Assembly: GCA_021790625.1 (NCBI GenBank)
Contig: JAJYGL010000239.1
Span: 1 to 34,829, forward strand
From: Pseudomonadota bacterium
Lineage (GTDB): Bacteria; Pseudomonadota; Gammaproteobacteria; Burkholderiales; Sulfuriferulaceae
Direction: 5' to 3'
Length of the DNA: 34,829 nt
The position numbers and the translations under genes are program-made. Shown here piece after piece: positions 17,982 to 28,300 of the stretch (positions within the stretch are counted from its first letter, which is position 1; every line of letters begins with the position of its first letter). The notes under the pieces were generated by a model that worked only from the letters and a program-made list of their open reading frames with translations, had not been told where the DNA came from and did not search any database.

Positions 17982-18187
17982 CGAAAGTTTCCATAGCGGA
18001 TGGAGTGATCCATAAAACAGGTATAGGCATGATGCATTGAATTATGCAACAGCGTTGCAAAAATGCCAAATATTTTCAAGATATTTTGAAAATAATCTCA
18101 TCCATTACTTTATCAAAACTCACAGGCTCGCTGCTATCATGGCCGTAACGGCGGCTTGACAGAATAAATCAGCGCTCCAATCCTCGC

Positions 18188-18709
18188 TCACAACCAAGGC
18201 GCGACGTATTTTTGCAGGTCATCCTGTTTCCAGTTCGCCGCTGCGTGATCCCATCCATTATAAACCAGACGCCCCTGACGATTAATGACAAAATTCACCG
18301 GCACACGCCAAATACGACCGTACCCTCCCGCCTCGGTGCCACCCAACAATCCCACAGGAAAACCTAACTGCTGCGCCATGGCGCGAACCTGAGGCAGGTT
18401 TTCTGCGTCATCCAGACTAAAGCCAAGCAACTGTACCCCTTGACTGGCGTGTTGTGCCGCCCACTCCGACAATAATGGCAACTCCTCACGACAACCATCA
18501 CACCAGGTTGCCCAAAATACCAGCACCACCACCTTGCCACGCAAAGCGGACAAGGTGTACGTCTGCCCGTTGACCGCGTGCAGCGTCAAATCGGGCGCCG
18601 GTTGCTGCAAAACCGGCCCATTGGCAAAAGCAGGGTTGACCAACAACCAGCTCACGGCAAGACCACACCACCATCGGGTCACCCACAGAAATTTTCCGCC
18701 GCCGCGCAT
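18188..18709 (-). CDS. TlpA/ResA-family thiol-disulfide oxidoreductase, exported
   Basis: Signal peptide ending AFA, APDLTL, GKVVVLVFWATWCDGCREELP, cis-Pro RVPVNFVINRQG. Confidence 0.88.
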   Translation of the reverse strand: MRGGGKFLWVTRWWCGLAVSWLLVNPAFANGPVLQQPAPDLTLHAVNGQTYTLSALRGKVVVLVFWATWCDGCREELPLLSEWAAQHASQGVQLLGFSLDDAENLPQVRAMAQQLGFPVGLLGGTEAGGYGRIWRVPVNFVINRQGRLVYNGWDHAAANWKQDDLQKYVAPWL

Positions 18710-18737
18710 ATCCAGGGAGTCTCCAGCAAGATAAAAG

Positions 18738-19706
18738 TCAGAACAAATATGTTATACCCGCGCCAAACAATTCCGCTGCGACGAGCTGATACCCATTGGA
18801 TGCACGATACAAAGGAACATAAACGGACGCGTTCACCTGCCAATGGCGATCGAGATTGGCGAGCAGGCCAGGCGCAAGATACAGTGTCTTGTAACCGCTG
18901 TTCTGGTTGAAATAAACAGCATCCCCACCGCCTTCATCGTGCGCACGATACTGTGCGTTGAATTGCAACATCGGAATGATTTTTGTCGCATCGGCAATGC
19001 CGTTATAAGTAAACCCTGCCGTTGCATTCACACTGTCACCCGGCCGGTATCCCGCCATACTGTCCAGTGCATGGCGCCATGTACCTTGCGTGAACCAGGA
19101 AAAATTCGCATTGATATTGCCTTCATGATACCCGCCCAACAATAAATCGGTCGTGCCCGTACCCGGCGCAGTATCACGATCCATCACGGTTTCTTGATAA
19201 GGACCCGTCGGCAACTTCAAGCCGAATGTCAGCCCGGTTGATTTATCCTTGGAAAACCCCGTGTACATACCCTCAACCCGAATATCAGACAACGCATTCA
19301 CGGTTTGGCTCTGCAAATCTGGACTGACGCCTTGAGAAGCGTCAGTCACCCCCGGTATCCCATTCTCATCGGTGGTAAAAGATCGATGCCAGAAAGGAAT
19401 CATCGCCATGATCCCCCAGTCCTGATTAAACATGTGCTGACCATACAACGTATAAAAATCGGTTTGTATCTGTTTATCCGGGTTGAGGGCATTGGAGACA
19501 TTGTTGGTAAAATTATGATCCGTATTCTGATTCATGTAACTATACTGAAGAGATAACTGATCATTCATCCCCGTAACAGGCAAACCCGGCAAACCGACAT
19601 CAAAAATACCACAACCACAAGCACACGCCAGCGCCTGTCCTGGTAGCCAGACAGCACCAACCAACGTAACAGCAACACATTGCCTGAAAAAACGCATCGA
19701 CACCAT
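18738..19706 (-). CDS. Putative outer-membrane beta-barrel transporter with N-terminal CxCGC motif
   Basis: Signal peptide ending ALA then CACGCG; GLKLPTG and PGTGTTDLLLG motifs as in MetA-pathway-type channel proteins; alternating beta strands; terminal Phe (GITYLF). ATG 19706 behind GGGAG preferred. Confidence 0.7.
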   Translation of the reverse strand: MVSMRFFRQCVAVTLVGAVWLPGQALACACGCGIFDVGLPGLPVTGMNDQLSLQYSYMNQNTDHNFTNNVSNALNPDKQIQTDFYTLYGQHMFNQDWGIMAMIPFWHRSFTTDENGIPGVTDASQGVSPDLQSQTVNALSDIRVEGMYTGFSKDKSTGLTFGLKLPTGPYQETVMDRDTAPGTGTTDLLLGGYHEGNINANFSWFTQGTWRHALDSMAGYRPGDSVNATAGFTYNGIADATKIIPMLQFNAQYRAHDEGGGDAVYFNQNSGYKTLYLAPGLLANLDRHWQVNASVYVPLYRASNGYQLVAAELFGAGITYLF

Positions 19707-19950
19707 TTTTCTCTCCCTTGATAGACCTATATTCATTGTGTTCCACGACATCACCCCTTCGCCATTATCAGGAGAGAAAGCAGCGAGGTAAATGCGACAA
19801 ATTGTCGCACCCAACAAACCAGAAGCTTGGGGAACCATCACCTGATTCCCGCAAAACCGCCCTTGGCGGAACAAATCTCTGGCTTCTTTACACCAAGACC
19901 CGCCAAACGGCTTCGCAAATACGAATGAGTACGCTAAAATCGCCCCCATT

Positions 19951-20026
19951 GGGGATGTAGCTCAGTTGGGAGAGCGCGGCGTTCGCAATGCCGAGGTCGG
20001 GAGTTCGATCCTCCTCGTCTCCACCA
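19951..20026 (+). tRNA. tRNA-Ala(CGC)
   Basis: 76 nt; acceptor GGGGATG/CGTCTCC with G3:U70, D arm GCTC/GAGC, anticodon arm CGGCG-TTCGCAA-TGCCG, T loop GTTCGATC, encoded CCA. TAAAAT -10 at 19935-19940. Confidence 0.97.
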
Positions 20027-20032
20027 AAATTC

Positions 20033-20059
20033 AAAGCCGACTGTTCTCAGCCGGCTTTT
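20033..20059 (+). terminator. Terminator-like hairpin after the tRNA
   Basis: aaagccgactg-ttct-cagccggctttt, one mismatch and a short T run. Confidence 0.5.
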
Positions 20060-20321
20060 CCATTTCTGCCGTTCCCGCAAGCTACGCCGGGTTCCGCCCC
20101 GTTTTGCGTGTGCCACCCACCCCGCAACGCACCCCGAAATTGCGTCGTTTCCGGCACGGTTCGACTCTGTTCTGCTCTCTGTTCTCAAAAAATAATGGAG
20201 AACCGCATCGCTCTGGCACAGGCAGAACGCGTTTTTAGTCAATGTGTTATGCGCGTGCCGGAAAGCGCGGTTTGTCGGGTAGAGTGGTGCAGGGTTTGAA
20301 ATAACCGCCTTGATTCCCATG

Positions 20322-21824
20322 TCATTTTTTATCTTGCAATCCTTCCAACGCTGCATGTCCCAATATACCGCTGGCGGCGAGCAATTCCAGTCTGCTGGCT
20401 TCCCATTGCGCCAGACTTTGTACCCATTGCTGCCTGGCGTCGGTAAGCGATGACTGTGCAGTAAGCAGTTCAATCATGGTCCCAACACCGTGGTCATACC
20501 GATTTTGAGCAGACTCCATGGTCACTCGGGCGCTTTCCAGCAAAGATCTGGATGCATCGATGGCATCAAATGCCATCACAGCATCGCCATAGGCAGATAC
20601 AACCTGTTTCATTATTTGATGCTCCGTGTCCTGCATTTGCGCCTGCGCCACATCCGCCTGCGCTTTTGCCTCATCAATTTTATAATGTTGCATGAAGCCA
20701 TCAAAAATCGGCACATTCAAGGTCAAACCGACAGTGGTTATGTTGTTCTGGACGGGTTGCAGCCCTTGGTTGGGATAACCATTTTGATCGTACGTGGCGA
20801 CAAAGCTCAAGGTTGGCAATCCATCCGAACGCGAACTGCGTATTTTTGCCTGGGCGGCTACCCACCGTTTCCGAGCAGCACGAATTGCTGGCTGGTAATG
20901 TTCTGCGAAGTGTATCCAATCCGTCAATGCCGCTACTGTTCTGGATTTGTCTGGCGCTAACAAATCAGGCAGCACTATGGTCATATCTGGCGCCAAACCC
21001 AATGCATAAATCAGCTCGGCCAGCGTTTTGTCGCGCTCACCCGTATCGCGCGCAAGTGACAGATCCGCTTTCGCCGCTGCGGTTTGTGCCTGTGTCAGAT
21101 CACCGCGATCTCCCGTTCCGTGCTGCAGTTTCCTGTTTGCACTATCTTCGATCCGATGCGCCAATTCTTTTGCTTTTATGCTCGCATCAACTTTCGCTTG
21201 AGCCGCAATGGCGTTGAAATAATCCGAGATCACTTCTCCAAGCAATTTCTGCATTTCAGCATCATGATCATCGATTGCGGCTTTCAGCGCATTATCAGAG
21301 ACTTCCAGATTGGCAGACCTGCCACCAAAATCGAGCAACAACCAATTCAGAGAGGCATAAGTCATATGTCCTTGTGTCGTATTGTTTGCCGATGCGAAAC
21401 CAGGATATACCGTACGATTATTCAGTTCGCTGATCTGGGCTGAAACTGTTGGCAAATACGCGGATCGCGCTTGACCAACCTGTGCGACCTGAACCTTGAT
21501 TTGTGCCCATGTATCGCGAAGCTGCGGATTGCTGCAAAGCGCCAGATCAACAGCATCGACAAGCGACAATGCACGGCTCATGTCTATCTGCGGCGGGCAG
21601 AGTACTGGAGCAGCATCGCCTGGCAATGTAAAACCTTCCGGCAAGCTGGCGGGCTGAGCCGACAGCGGGTCATCCATCCAATGGCGTAAAATCCCCGATT
21701 GGTGCGTGGCTGGCTGCGGAGTCGTCTCCGCAGCTTGAGCCGGACGGAAACCATTCAAGAACAACATGAAACATACTGGCAGGCAAATCAGAGCACCAAA
21801 CATGATTTGCCGTTTACCGCTCAT
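20322..21824 (-). CDS. TolC-family outer membrane efflux protein
   Basis: LSLVDAVDLALCSNPQL, ARSAYLPTVS, LLLDFGGR, LNVPIFDGF, RYDHGVGTMIELLTAQ; overlaps the hlyD-like stop. Confidence 0.92.
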   Translation of the reverse strand: MSGKRQIMFGALICLPVCFMLFLNGFRPAQAAETTPQPATHQSGILRHWMDDPLSAQPASLPEGFTLPGDAAPVLCPPQIDMSRALSLVDAVDLALCSNPQLRDTWAQIKVQVAQVGQARSAYLPTVSAQISELNNRTVYPGFASANNTTQGHMTYASLNWLLLDFGGRSANLEVSDNALKAAIDDHDAEMQKLLGEVISDYFNAIAAQAKVDASIKAKELAHRIEDSANRKLQHGTGDRGDLTQAQTAAAKADLSLARDTGERDKTLAELIYALGLAPDMTIVLPDLLAPDKSRTVAALTDWIHFAEHYQPAIRAARKRWVAAQAKIRSSRSDGLPTLSFVATYDQNGYPNQGLQPVQNNITTVGLTLNVPIFDGFMQHYKIDEAKAQADVAQAQMQDTEHQIMKQVVSAYGDAVMAFDAIDASRSLLESARVTMESAQNRYDHGVGTMIELLTAQSSLTDARQQWVQSLAQWEASRLELLAASGILGHAALEGLQDKK

Positions 21825-23157
21825 GCAAGCTCTCGGTTGTATGCCGTATCAAAGGCGACAGGAAATATTCGATGACCCGCCGCCGGCCTGTCCGGATTTC
21901 CACCGTTCCTGACATGCCCGGATCAAGCGTACGTTTCGCGCCATCCACATCCAGAACAGGCCGCAGCAATGTGACCCGGACTGCATACTGCAATCCTTTT
22001 TTCTGATCTTCAACGGCATCACGTGCGACCAGGGTGACCCGTGCTGGAACGGTTCCATATTTCGTGTAATCAAAGGCATCGATTTTGACTTCGGCGCTTT
22101 GTCCGACATGAACAAACCCCACATCCTTGTCTGCAAGCATGGCTTCCATCGTCACAGACCTGTTTTGCGGCACAATCTGCATCAGCGCCTGTGCCACCGG
22201 AACTGCTGCACCAACCGTATGAACCTGCATTTGTTGCACGGTGCCAGCAACCGGCGAACGCAACACAAGCTGATTGATCTCGATTTGGACCCTTGCCGCA
22301 TCGGCTTGGGCATCTGCCGCTTGTTTGGTTGCCTGCGCCAGATCATCTTCAGCATTCTTGCCGGTTTCCGCAACCAGGGCAGCAAGCTGCATGCGAGCAG
22401 CGTCAAACTGGCCCTGCAAATCAACCTCGGTTTGCTTTTTGGTCAACGCATCCGTTCGTGCCACATCATTGGTTTCCGCCAACACGGCGTAATCCTCTGC
22501 AATACGTCTGGCAAGCGGCAATGCGGCGCCAAAACGCGCCATATCAGCACGCAACCGATCTCGCTTGGCCACAAAATCCGCCCACTGACCTTGCAAGTGC
22601 ATAGCCGCGTCACGCCACAAACCATGCTCAACCCCGGCTATCGGTGGCATTTGTGGTTGTCGTCCGCTTCGAAGCGAAGCCATCATCGCGCGCGATTGTG
22701 CGGCCTGGAGAACAGCCATTTGCCAGTCGGCCAGATCCTTTATCCGCTCATCCTCAAACGCGCGTGAATCCAGCAGGATCAAAGCTTGTCCTGCCTGAAC
22801 CCGCTGCCCGTCCTCGACAAGGATTGCTCTGACCGTGGCGACCTGAACAGCAGTAATAACCTTGGTCTGTCCATCGGGGATAATCTTGCCTTGGGCATCC
22901 ACCGTAATGTCGATATGTCCGAAAATCGACCAGATCAGCAAAATTGCCAACAGGGAAACCAACAATCTCGCCACCCAACGTGCCGTGGGTGACACCGGTT
23001 TGTGTTGCAGCGCCAGTGCGGCCGGCAAAAATTCGGCTTCATGGGAACGAAGTTCGGGCAAAGCCATTTCGTGTCTTTTGCGCCACCAGAACCGGAATAC
23101 GCTGGCATATCGCCCAAACAGTTCGCCCCATGCCTCCAAACGATGCTTGAAATTCAT
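21814..23157 (-). CDS. HlyD-family T1SS membrane fusion protein
   Basis: EAEFLPAALAL, TM helix, AQGKIIPDG, LRSPVAGTVQ, DVGFVHVGQ, KIDAFDYTKYG, PGMSGTVEIRTGRRRVIEYFLSP. Confidence 0.95.
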   Translation of the reverse strand: MNFKHRLEAWGELFGRYASVFRFWWRKRHEMALPELRSHEAEFLPAALALQHKPVSPTARWVARLLVSLLAILLIWSIFGHIDITVDAQGKIIPDGQTKVITAVQVATVRAILVEDGQRVQAGQALILLDSRAFEDERIKDLADWQMAVLQAAQSRAMMASLRSGRQPQMPPIAGVEHGLWRDAAMHLQGQWADFVAKRDRLRADMARFGAALPLARRIAEDYAVLAETNDVARTDALTKKQTEVDLQGQFDAARMQLAALVAETGKNAEDDLAQATKQAADAQADAARVQIEINQLVLRSPVAGTVQQMQVHTVGAAVPVAQALMQIVPQNRSVTMEAMLADKDVGFVHVGQSAEVKIDAFDYTKYGTVPARVTLVARDAVEDQKKGLQYAVRVTLLRPVLDVDGAKRTLDPGMSGTVEIRTGRRRVIEYFLSPLIRHTTESLHER

Positions 23158-25322
23158 GCGGCTGCTCTTATTCCCTGTTGCAATGCGTACAAGTGCGCAT
23201 AAACCCCTTGTGGATGATTCACAAGTTCAGTATGGGTGCCGGTTTCAATGATTTGACCGCGATCCATGACCACAATCCGATTCGCATCACGTACCGCCGT
23301 CAAACGATGGGCAATGATCAAAACCGTACGCCCGGCGGAAATACGACGCATATTGGCTTGAATAACACTTTCCGATTCATAATCCAGCGCACTCGTTGCC
23401 TCATCAAAAATCAGAATACGCGGGTTGCTGATAAGCGCCCGTGCGATTGCAATCCGTTGCCGCTGCCCTCCGGATAATCCTGTGCCATGTTCTCCGACCA
23501 TGGTGTCATATCCTTCGGGTAATTCACAGATGAAGTCATGCGCGCCCGCAAGCGTAGCCGCCGCAATGATCGCTTCGATTGACAAAGCCGGATTTCCCAG
23601 CGCAATATTATCCCGTACGGATCGGTTGAACAGCACGTTCTCTTGCAGCACCACACCAATCTGCTGCCGCAAGGATGCCGTATCGATCACCGATATGTCC
23701 TGACCATCAATCAGAATCCTGCCGCGATCCGGGACGTACAGACGTTGAACCAGACGTGTCAACGTGCTTTTACCCGATCCTGATCGCCCGACAATCCCGA
23801 TGACTTCTCCCGGACTGATTTCAAGCGATACTCCGCGCAAAACATCCACAGAATCGGGGTGATAGCGAAATGAAACCTGATCAAACTCTATGGAACCATT
23901 CAAACGCGGCAAACGGGTTTTATTGCCGGCTATTTCCGGATGTGTATTCAGAATATCGCCCAGACGGCTCATGGATATTCCGACCTGCTGGAAGTCGTTC
24001 CACATCTGCGCCAGCCGCAATACAGGACTGGACACCTGTCCGGCCAGCATATTGAACGCCACCAGTTCTCCCACCGTCAGTTGATGGTCGATAACACTCT
24101 TGGCACCAAACCATAGAATGGCGGCTGTCACCAGTTTGCTGACCAATTGCACCCCGTTGCTGGCAAATGTGGCCACGTTCGTCACCGACAATCCGGCCGA
24201 CACATAACCGGCAAGTTGCTGATCCCAGCGTTTGACCCATCCGGGTTCAACAGCCATCGCCTTGATTGTATCGATGCCACTGATGGTTTCGACCAGAAAC
24301 GACTGACTTTCAGCGCCACGATTGAATTTTTCGTCCAGTCGCACCCTGATGGCCGGAGTAAAGACTACCGAAAGCAGGATGTACAACGGAAACGATGCAA
24401 CCACAATCAGCGTCAGCTTGGCGCTATACCAGAACATGACCGCCAGAAAAACAACGGAAAACGCCAAGTCCAGCACCAGCGTCATCGCGTTGCCGGTCAG
24501 GAACGACCGGATATTTTCCAGCTCCCGAATGCGCGCCACCGAATCCCCTACACGCCGCGCCTGAAAATACGCCAATGGCAATCCAAGCAAATGCCTGAAC
24601 AGGCGCGCACCCAACTCGACATCGAGCTTGCTGCTGGTGTGGGCAAATACCCAGGTGCGAATGCCCGTCAATACGACCTCGAACACATTGGCCACAACCA
24701 ACCCGATGACAATGACATCCAGCGTGTCCATTGCCCGGTTTACCAGCACCTTGTCCATGACCACCTGAAAGAACAATGGCAAGACAAGGCCGATGATTTG
24801 CAGCACCAATGAGAGCAGCAGAATTTCACCCAACAAACTGCGATACTTGACGATTGCCGGGATAAACCAGGTAAAGTCAAATTTGGCCAGACTTCCGGCA
24901 AAACTGGCCTTGCTGGAAAACAGCAATAACTCGCCTGTCCACCGGTTCAGCAGTTCCGAAAGCGAAAACAACAGAGGCTGTTCGCCCGCATACTGGACCA
25001 GCACACGGTCAGGAGCGGCATTGGGCTCCGCAGAACCGACCCGTGCGATAATAAAGAACCGCCCATCACGGTCCTGCGCAATTGCCGGCAGCGGCGCATG
25101 TGTCAAGCGTTCCGGTCGTTGCTGCACGCTCCTCGCGCTCATGCCGAGATAATCGGCCGCAAGCAAAATCGTCTGTGCAGTTAAGGGTTGATGTCCAAAC
25201 TGATGGCGCAACGCAACCTCATCCGCCGCAATCTGGTGAAATTGCGCCATGGCAAGCAACGCCCATAACCCACTGTCAGGCACAGCTTCCGACTGCGCCT
25301 GACCTGTAGTCAACTCACTCAT
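23154..25322 (-). CDS. HlyB-family T1SS ABC transporter with C39-like domain
   Basis: DSGLWAL (no catalytic Cys), FDFTWFIPAIVKY, PLFFQVVMDKVLV, GRSGSGKST, LSGGQRQR, ILIFDEATSALD. ATG 25322. Confidence 0.95.
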   Translation of the reverse strand: MSELTTGQAQSEAVPDSGLWALLAMAQFHQIAADEVALRHQFGHQPLTAQTILLAADYLGMSARSVQQRPERLTHAPLPAIAQDRDGRFFIIARVGSAEPNAAPDRVLVQYAGEQPLLFSLSELLNRWTGELLLFSSKASFAGSLAKFDFTWFIPAIVKYRSLLGEILLLSLVLQIIGLVLPLFFQVVMDKVLVNRAMDTLDVIVIGLVVANVFEVVLTGIRTWVFAHTSSKLDVELGARLFRHLLGLPLAYFQARRVGDSVARIRELENIRSFLTGNAMTLVLDLAFSVVFLAVMFWYSAKLTLIVVASFPLYILLSVVFTPAIRVRLDEKFNRGAESQSFLVETISGIDTIKAMAVEPGWVKRWDQQLAGYVSAGLSVTNVATFASNGVQLVSKLVTAAILWFGAKSVIDHQLTVGELVAFNMLAGQVSSPVLRLAQMWNDFQQVGISMSRLGDILNTHPEIAGNKTRLPRLNGSIEFDQVSFRYHPDSVDVLRGVSLEISPGEVIGIVGRSGSGKSTLTRLVQRLYVPDRGRILIDGQDISVIDTASLRQQIGVVLQENVLFNRSVRDNIALGNPALSIEAIIAAATLAGAHDFICELPEGYDTMVGEHGTGLSGGQRQRIAIARALISNPRILIFDEATSALDYESESVIQANMRRISAGRTVLIIAHRLTAVRDANRIVVMDRGQIIETGTHTELVNHPQGVYAHLYALQQGIRAAA

Positions 25323-25332
25323 ATTTCTAAAT

Positions 25333-28300
25333 TCAATGCCAGTTGGCGGCCAGCACCGGAGCAAGTTGTTGTTGCTGGGTCGTGCTCAGATTCATTTGAC
25401 CCGACGGGGGCGGAGTCATGGATGCCATCGCCTGCACCAGAGAATTGATCCCGCTAGCCGAGATCGTGTCCCCCGATCCATCCCTGACAGTTCCAATCTG
25501 ATAATACGTGCTGTCAAACCAGTTGGTTACCGTCTCGGTTTCCGACGTGCCGTCAACGGTGATAAGCAGATTGTTGCCCGAACGACTGAACCAGAGCTGA
25601 TCTGCTGTCACATCTGAACCAAATGCCAGCGTGTCTGATGCGCCATTGGAAACGCTAAACGAATTAGCTCCGCTGCCATTGGCCAGCGTCAATGTTGCGG
25701 CAGAACCCATATTCACCGAATTATTCGATCCGTTCATCGTGGCATTGCCATTGACAACGAGTCCTGTCACGCCGGTTGCGTTGATCGTGTCCGAATTGCC
25801 GTTTATCGTCAGCCCCGTCGTTCCGGTCACATTGATCGTGTTGCTGTTGCCGCCAACGGTCAACCCGCTGACATTGTTATCATTGACCGTGTCACCAGTC
25901 AGATTGAGCGTACTGTAATTGCTGCTGACATTGACCGCCACACCCGAACTGGTCAGGTTCAGTGTATCGTACGATCCCGTCACCGACACGCTGCCGAAGG
26001 CATCGCCCCCCGTCTGGTTCAGCGCGTTGCCATATCCGGCCAGCGTCAGCGCATCACCGGTGGCATTTGCCGTGACATCAAATATGCCGTAATACCCCGC
26101 AATGGTGGTGCTCGTGTTGGCTGCCTGCTCGATCACATCCGCCGTCCCGTGGTACACGGTTTCCGTGATCGTATCATTACTGCCACTGGCCAGCGTCAGT
26201 GTGCTGGCTCCCATGTTCACCGTGTCATTCGAGCCGGTTAGCGTGGCGCTGCCGGTCAGGTTCATCGTGCCCACGCCGCTGGCCGTGATCGTGCTCGACC
26301 CGCCGTTCACCGTCAGGTTCGTGAGGCCACTTGTCGCATCGATGACGCTCGAATTGCCGTTCACCGTCAGGTTCGCCACGCCGCTGGTGTCAACCGTGTT
26401 GCCGTTGCCGTTCACCGTCAAATAGTTCGTGCTGCTGGCCGTGACCGTGCTGCTGGTCAGGTCGAGCGTATCGTAGTAGCCGTTGCCGCTCACAGTCACC
26501 GCTGCACCTGTGCTGGTCAGGTCCAGCGTGTCTTCACTTCCCGTGACCGACACGCTACTGAATGCATCGCCCCCCGTCTGGTTCAGCGCGTTGCCATATC
26601 CGGCCAGCGTCAGCGCATCACCGGTGGCATTTGCCGTGACATCAAATATGCCGTAATACCCCGCAATGGTGGTGCTCGTGTTGGCTGCCTGCTCGATCAC
26701 ATCCGCCGTCCCGTGGTACACGGTTTCCGTGATCGTATCATTACTGCCATTGGCCAGCGTCAGTGTGCTGGCTCCCATGTTCACCGTGTCATTCGAGCCG
26801 GTTAGCGTGGCATCGCCAGACAGGTTCAAGGTGGTAATACCGCTTGTGTCTATCGTATTGCCGTTGCCGTTCACAGTTAACGAATTGGCATTGCTGGCAG
26901 TAATCGTGCTGCCGCCCAGATTAAGCGTATCGCTATTCCCGCTGACAGTAACCGCCACGCCGGTGCTCGTCAGGTTCAGGGTGTCACTGGAGCCTGTGAC
27001 CGACACGCTGCCGAAGGCATCGCCTCCCGTCTGCGTCAGCGTATTACCGCCACCCGCCAGCGTCAGCACATCGCCGGTCGCCTGCGCCGTCACGTCGAAC
27101 GTGCCAGTATTTCCGCTCAGAGTATTGCTCGAATTTGCCGCCTGTACAAAGAAATTGATGAAATTTCCCGATTGCGTCACCGTGTTGCCGCTGCCACTGG
27201 CCAATGTCAGCGTCACAGGCGTACCCACGCTTACCGTGTCATTCGATCCGCTCAGTATAGTACTGCTATCCAACACCAGCGACGCATCATTTGATGAAAC
27301 AACGACAGAAGCCTGCCGGGTCGTCCCCAAGGTGGCGATAGTATTTTGAAACAAGGTTGACGGAGATGGGTAATACGCATTGAGTGCGCTCACAATACCA
27401 TTGTATGCACTCGATCCGGACAAGAATGTGCCAAATTCAAGTTGTTGCATCGTACTCATACTGCTCAAAGCATTGACAAGTCCGGAAACGTCATAAGTAA
27501 ACGATTGCGTCGTCGGGTTATAGCTCAGCTTTACATCTGTCAACAAATTCTGATTTGTTCCGTAATTCAGCAAACAACCGCTGACATAATTGACCAGTTG
27601 ATTCCATGCCGCCTCCACCATAGGAACGCCCGCCATCGTCACTAAGGTCGTAGACCAGCCACTATTGTTTGAATACTGGGCGCCGACGAATTTGGACAGC
27701 GCATCAATTTCGCGTGTGTCTCCCGTGAAATGATAAGCCTCCTCAGGAGAATTATTCTGCACCCCCGTCCAGGTAAAAATCAGGTTGCTGATCAATGACG
27801 GCTGTTCCGCTGGTGTGGCGGCAAGGTACTGCTTGACCAGATTGGCAAGGTTACCGGTGGTATCCAGCGCCATCGCCACTTGCAGATTATGCACATCGCC
27901 CCAGCCGGCCACATCGGGCAGGTTTGCATAGGCGCTATTGACGGTACCGGCGCTTTCGTCGATGGTATTGGAGGTGTTGATGGACATGTTCATGTCCGAG
28001 AGCGTGCCGGTCGTGCCGTTGCCATAGGTGACGGTGCTGGTCGCGAGCGTCTTGTCGCCGTTGGCATCCGTTGTGTTGACCGCCGTCGAATTCAGGCTGA
28101 TGGAGGTAATGCCCGCCTGCGCCAGCGTTTCAAGGTGTCCAGAGCCGGGCTGGCCGTTGGAACCCACCCAGATCTCGATCTGGTTGAAATCCGTATCGGA
28201 CGCGTTGATCACGCCATCGTGATTGGTATCCAGTGTCGCCAGTTGGGTAAACCCGGCCTGCCCAAGTTTGTTGCCGTTCTGGTTGGTGGTGCTGCTGCCG

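Noticed and set aside
20000-20026. Duplicate of the tRNA 3' end marking a second att site
   Set aside because: No second copy found by eye within the window; it may lie outside.
19934-20473. ORFs spanning the tRNA (179, 90 and 103 aa)
   Set aside because: They overlap the tRNA and the tolC end; typical spurious translations.
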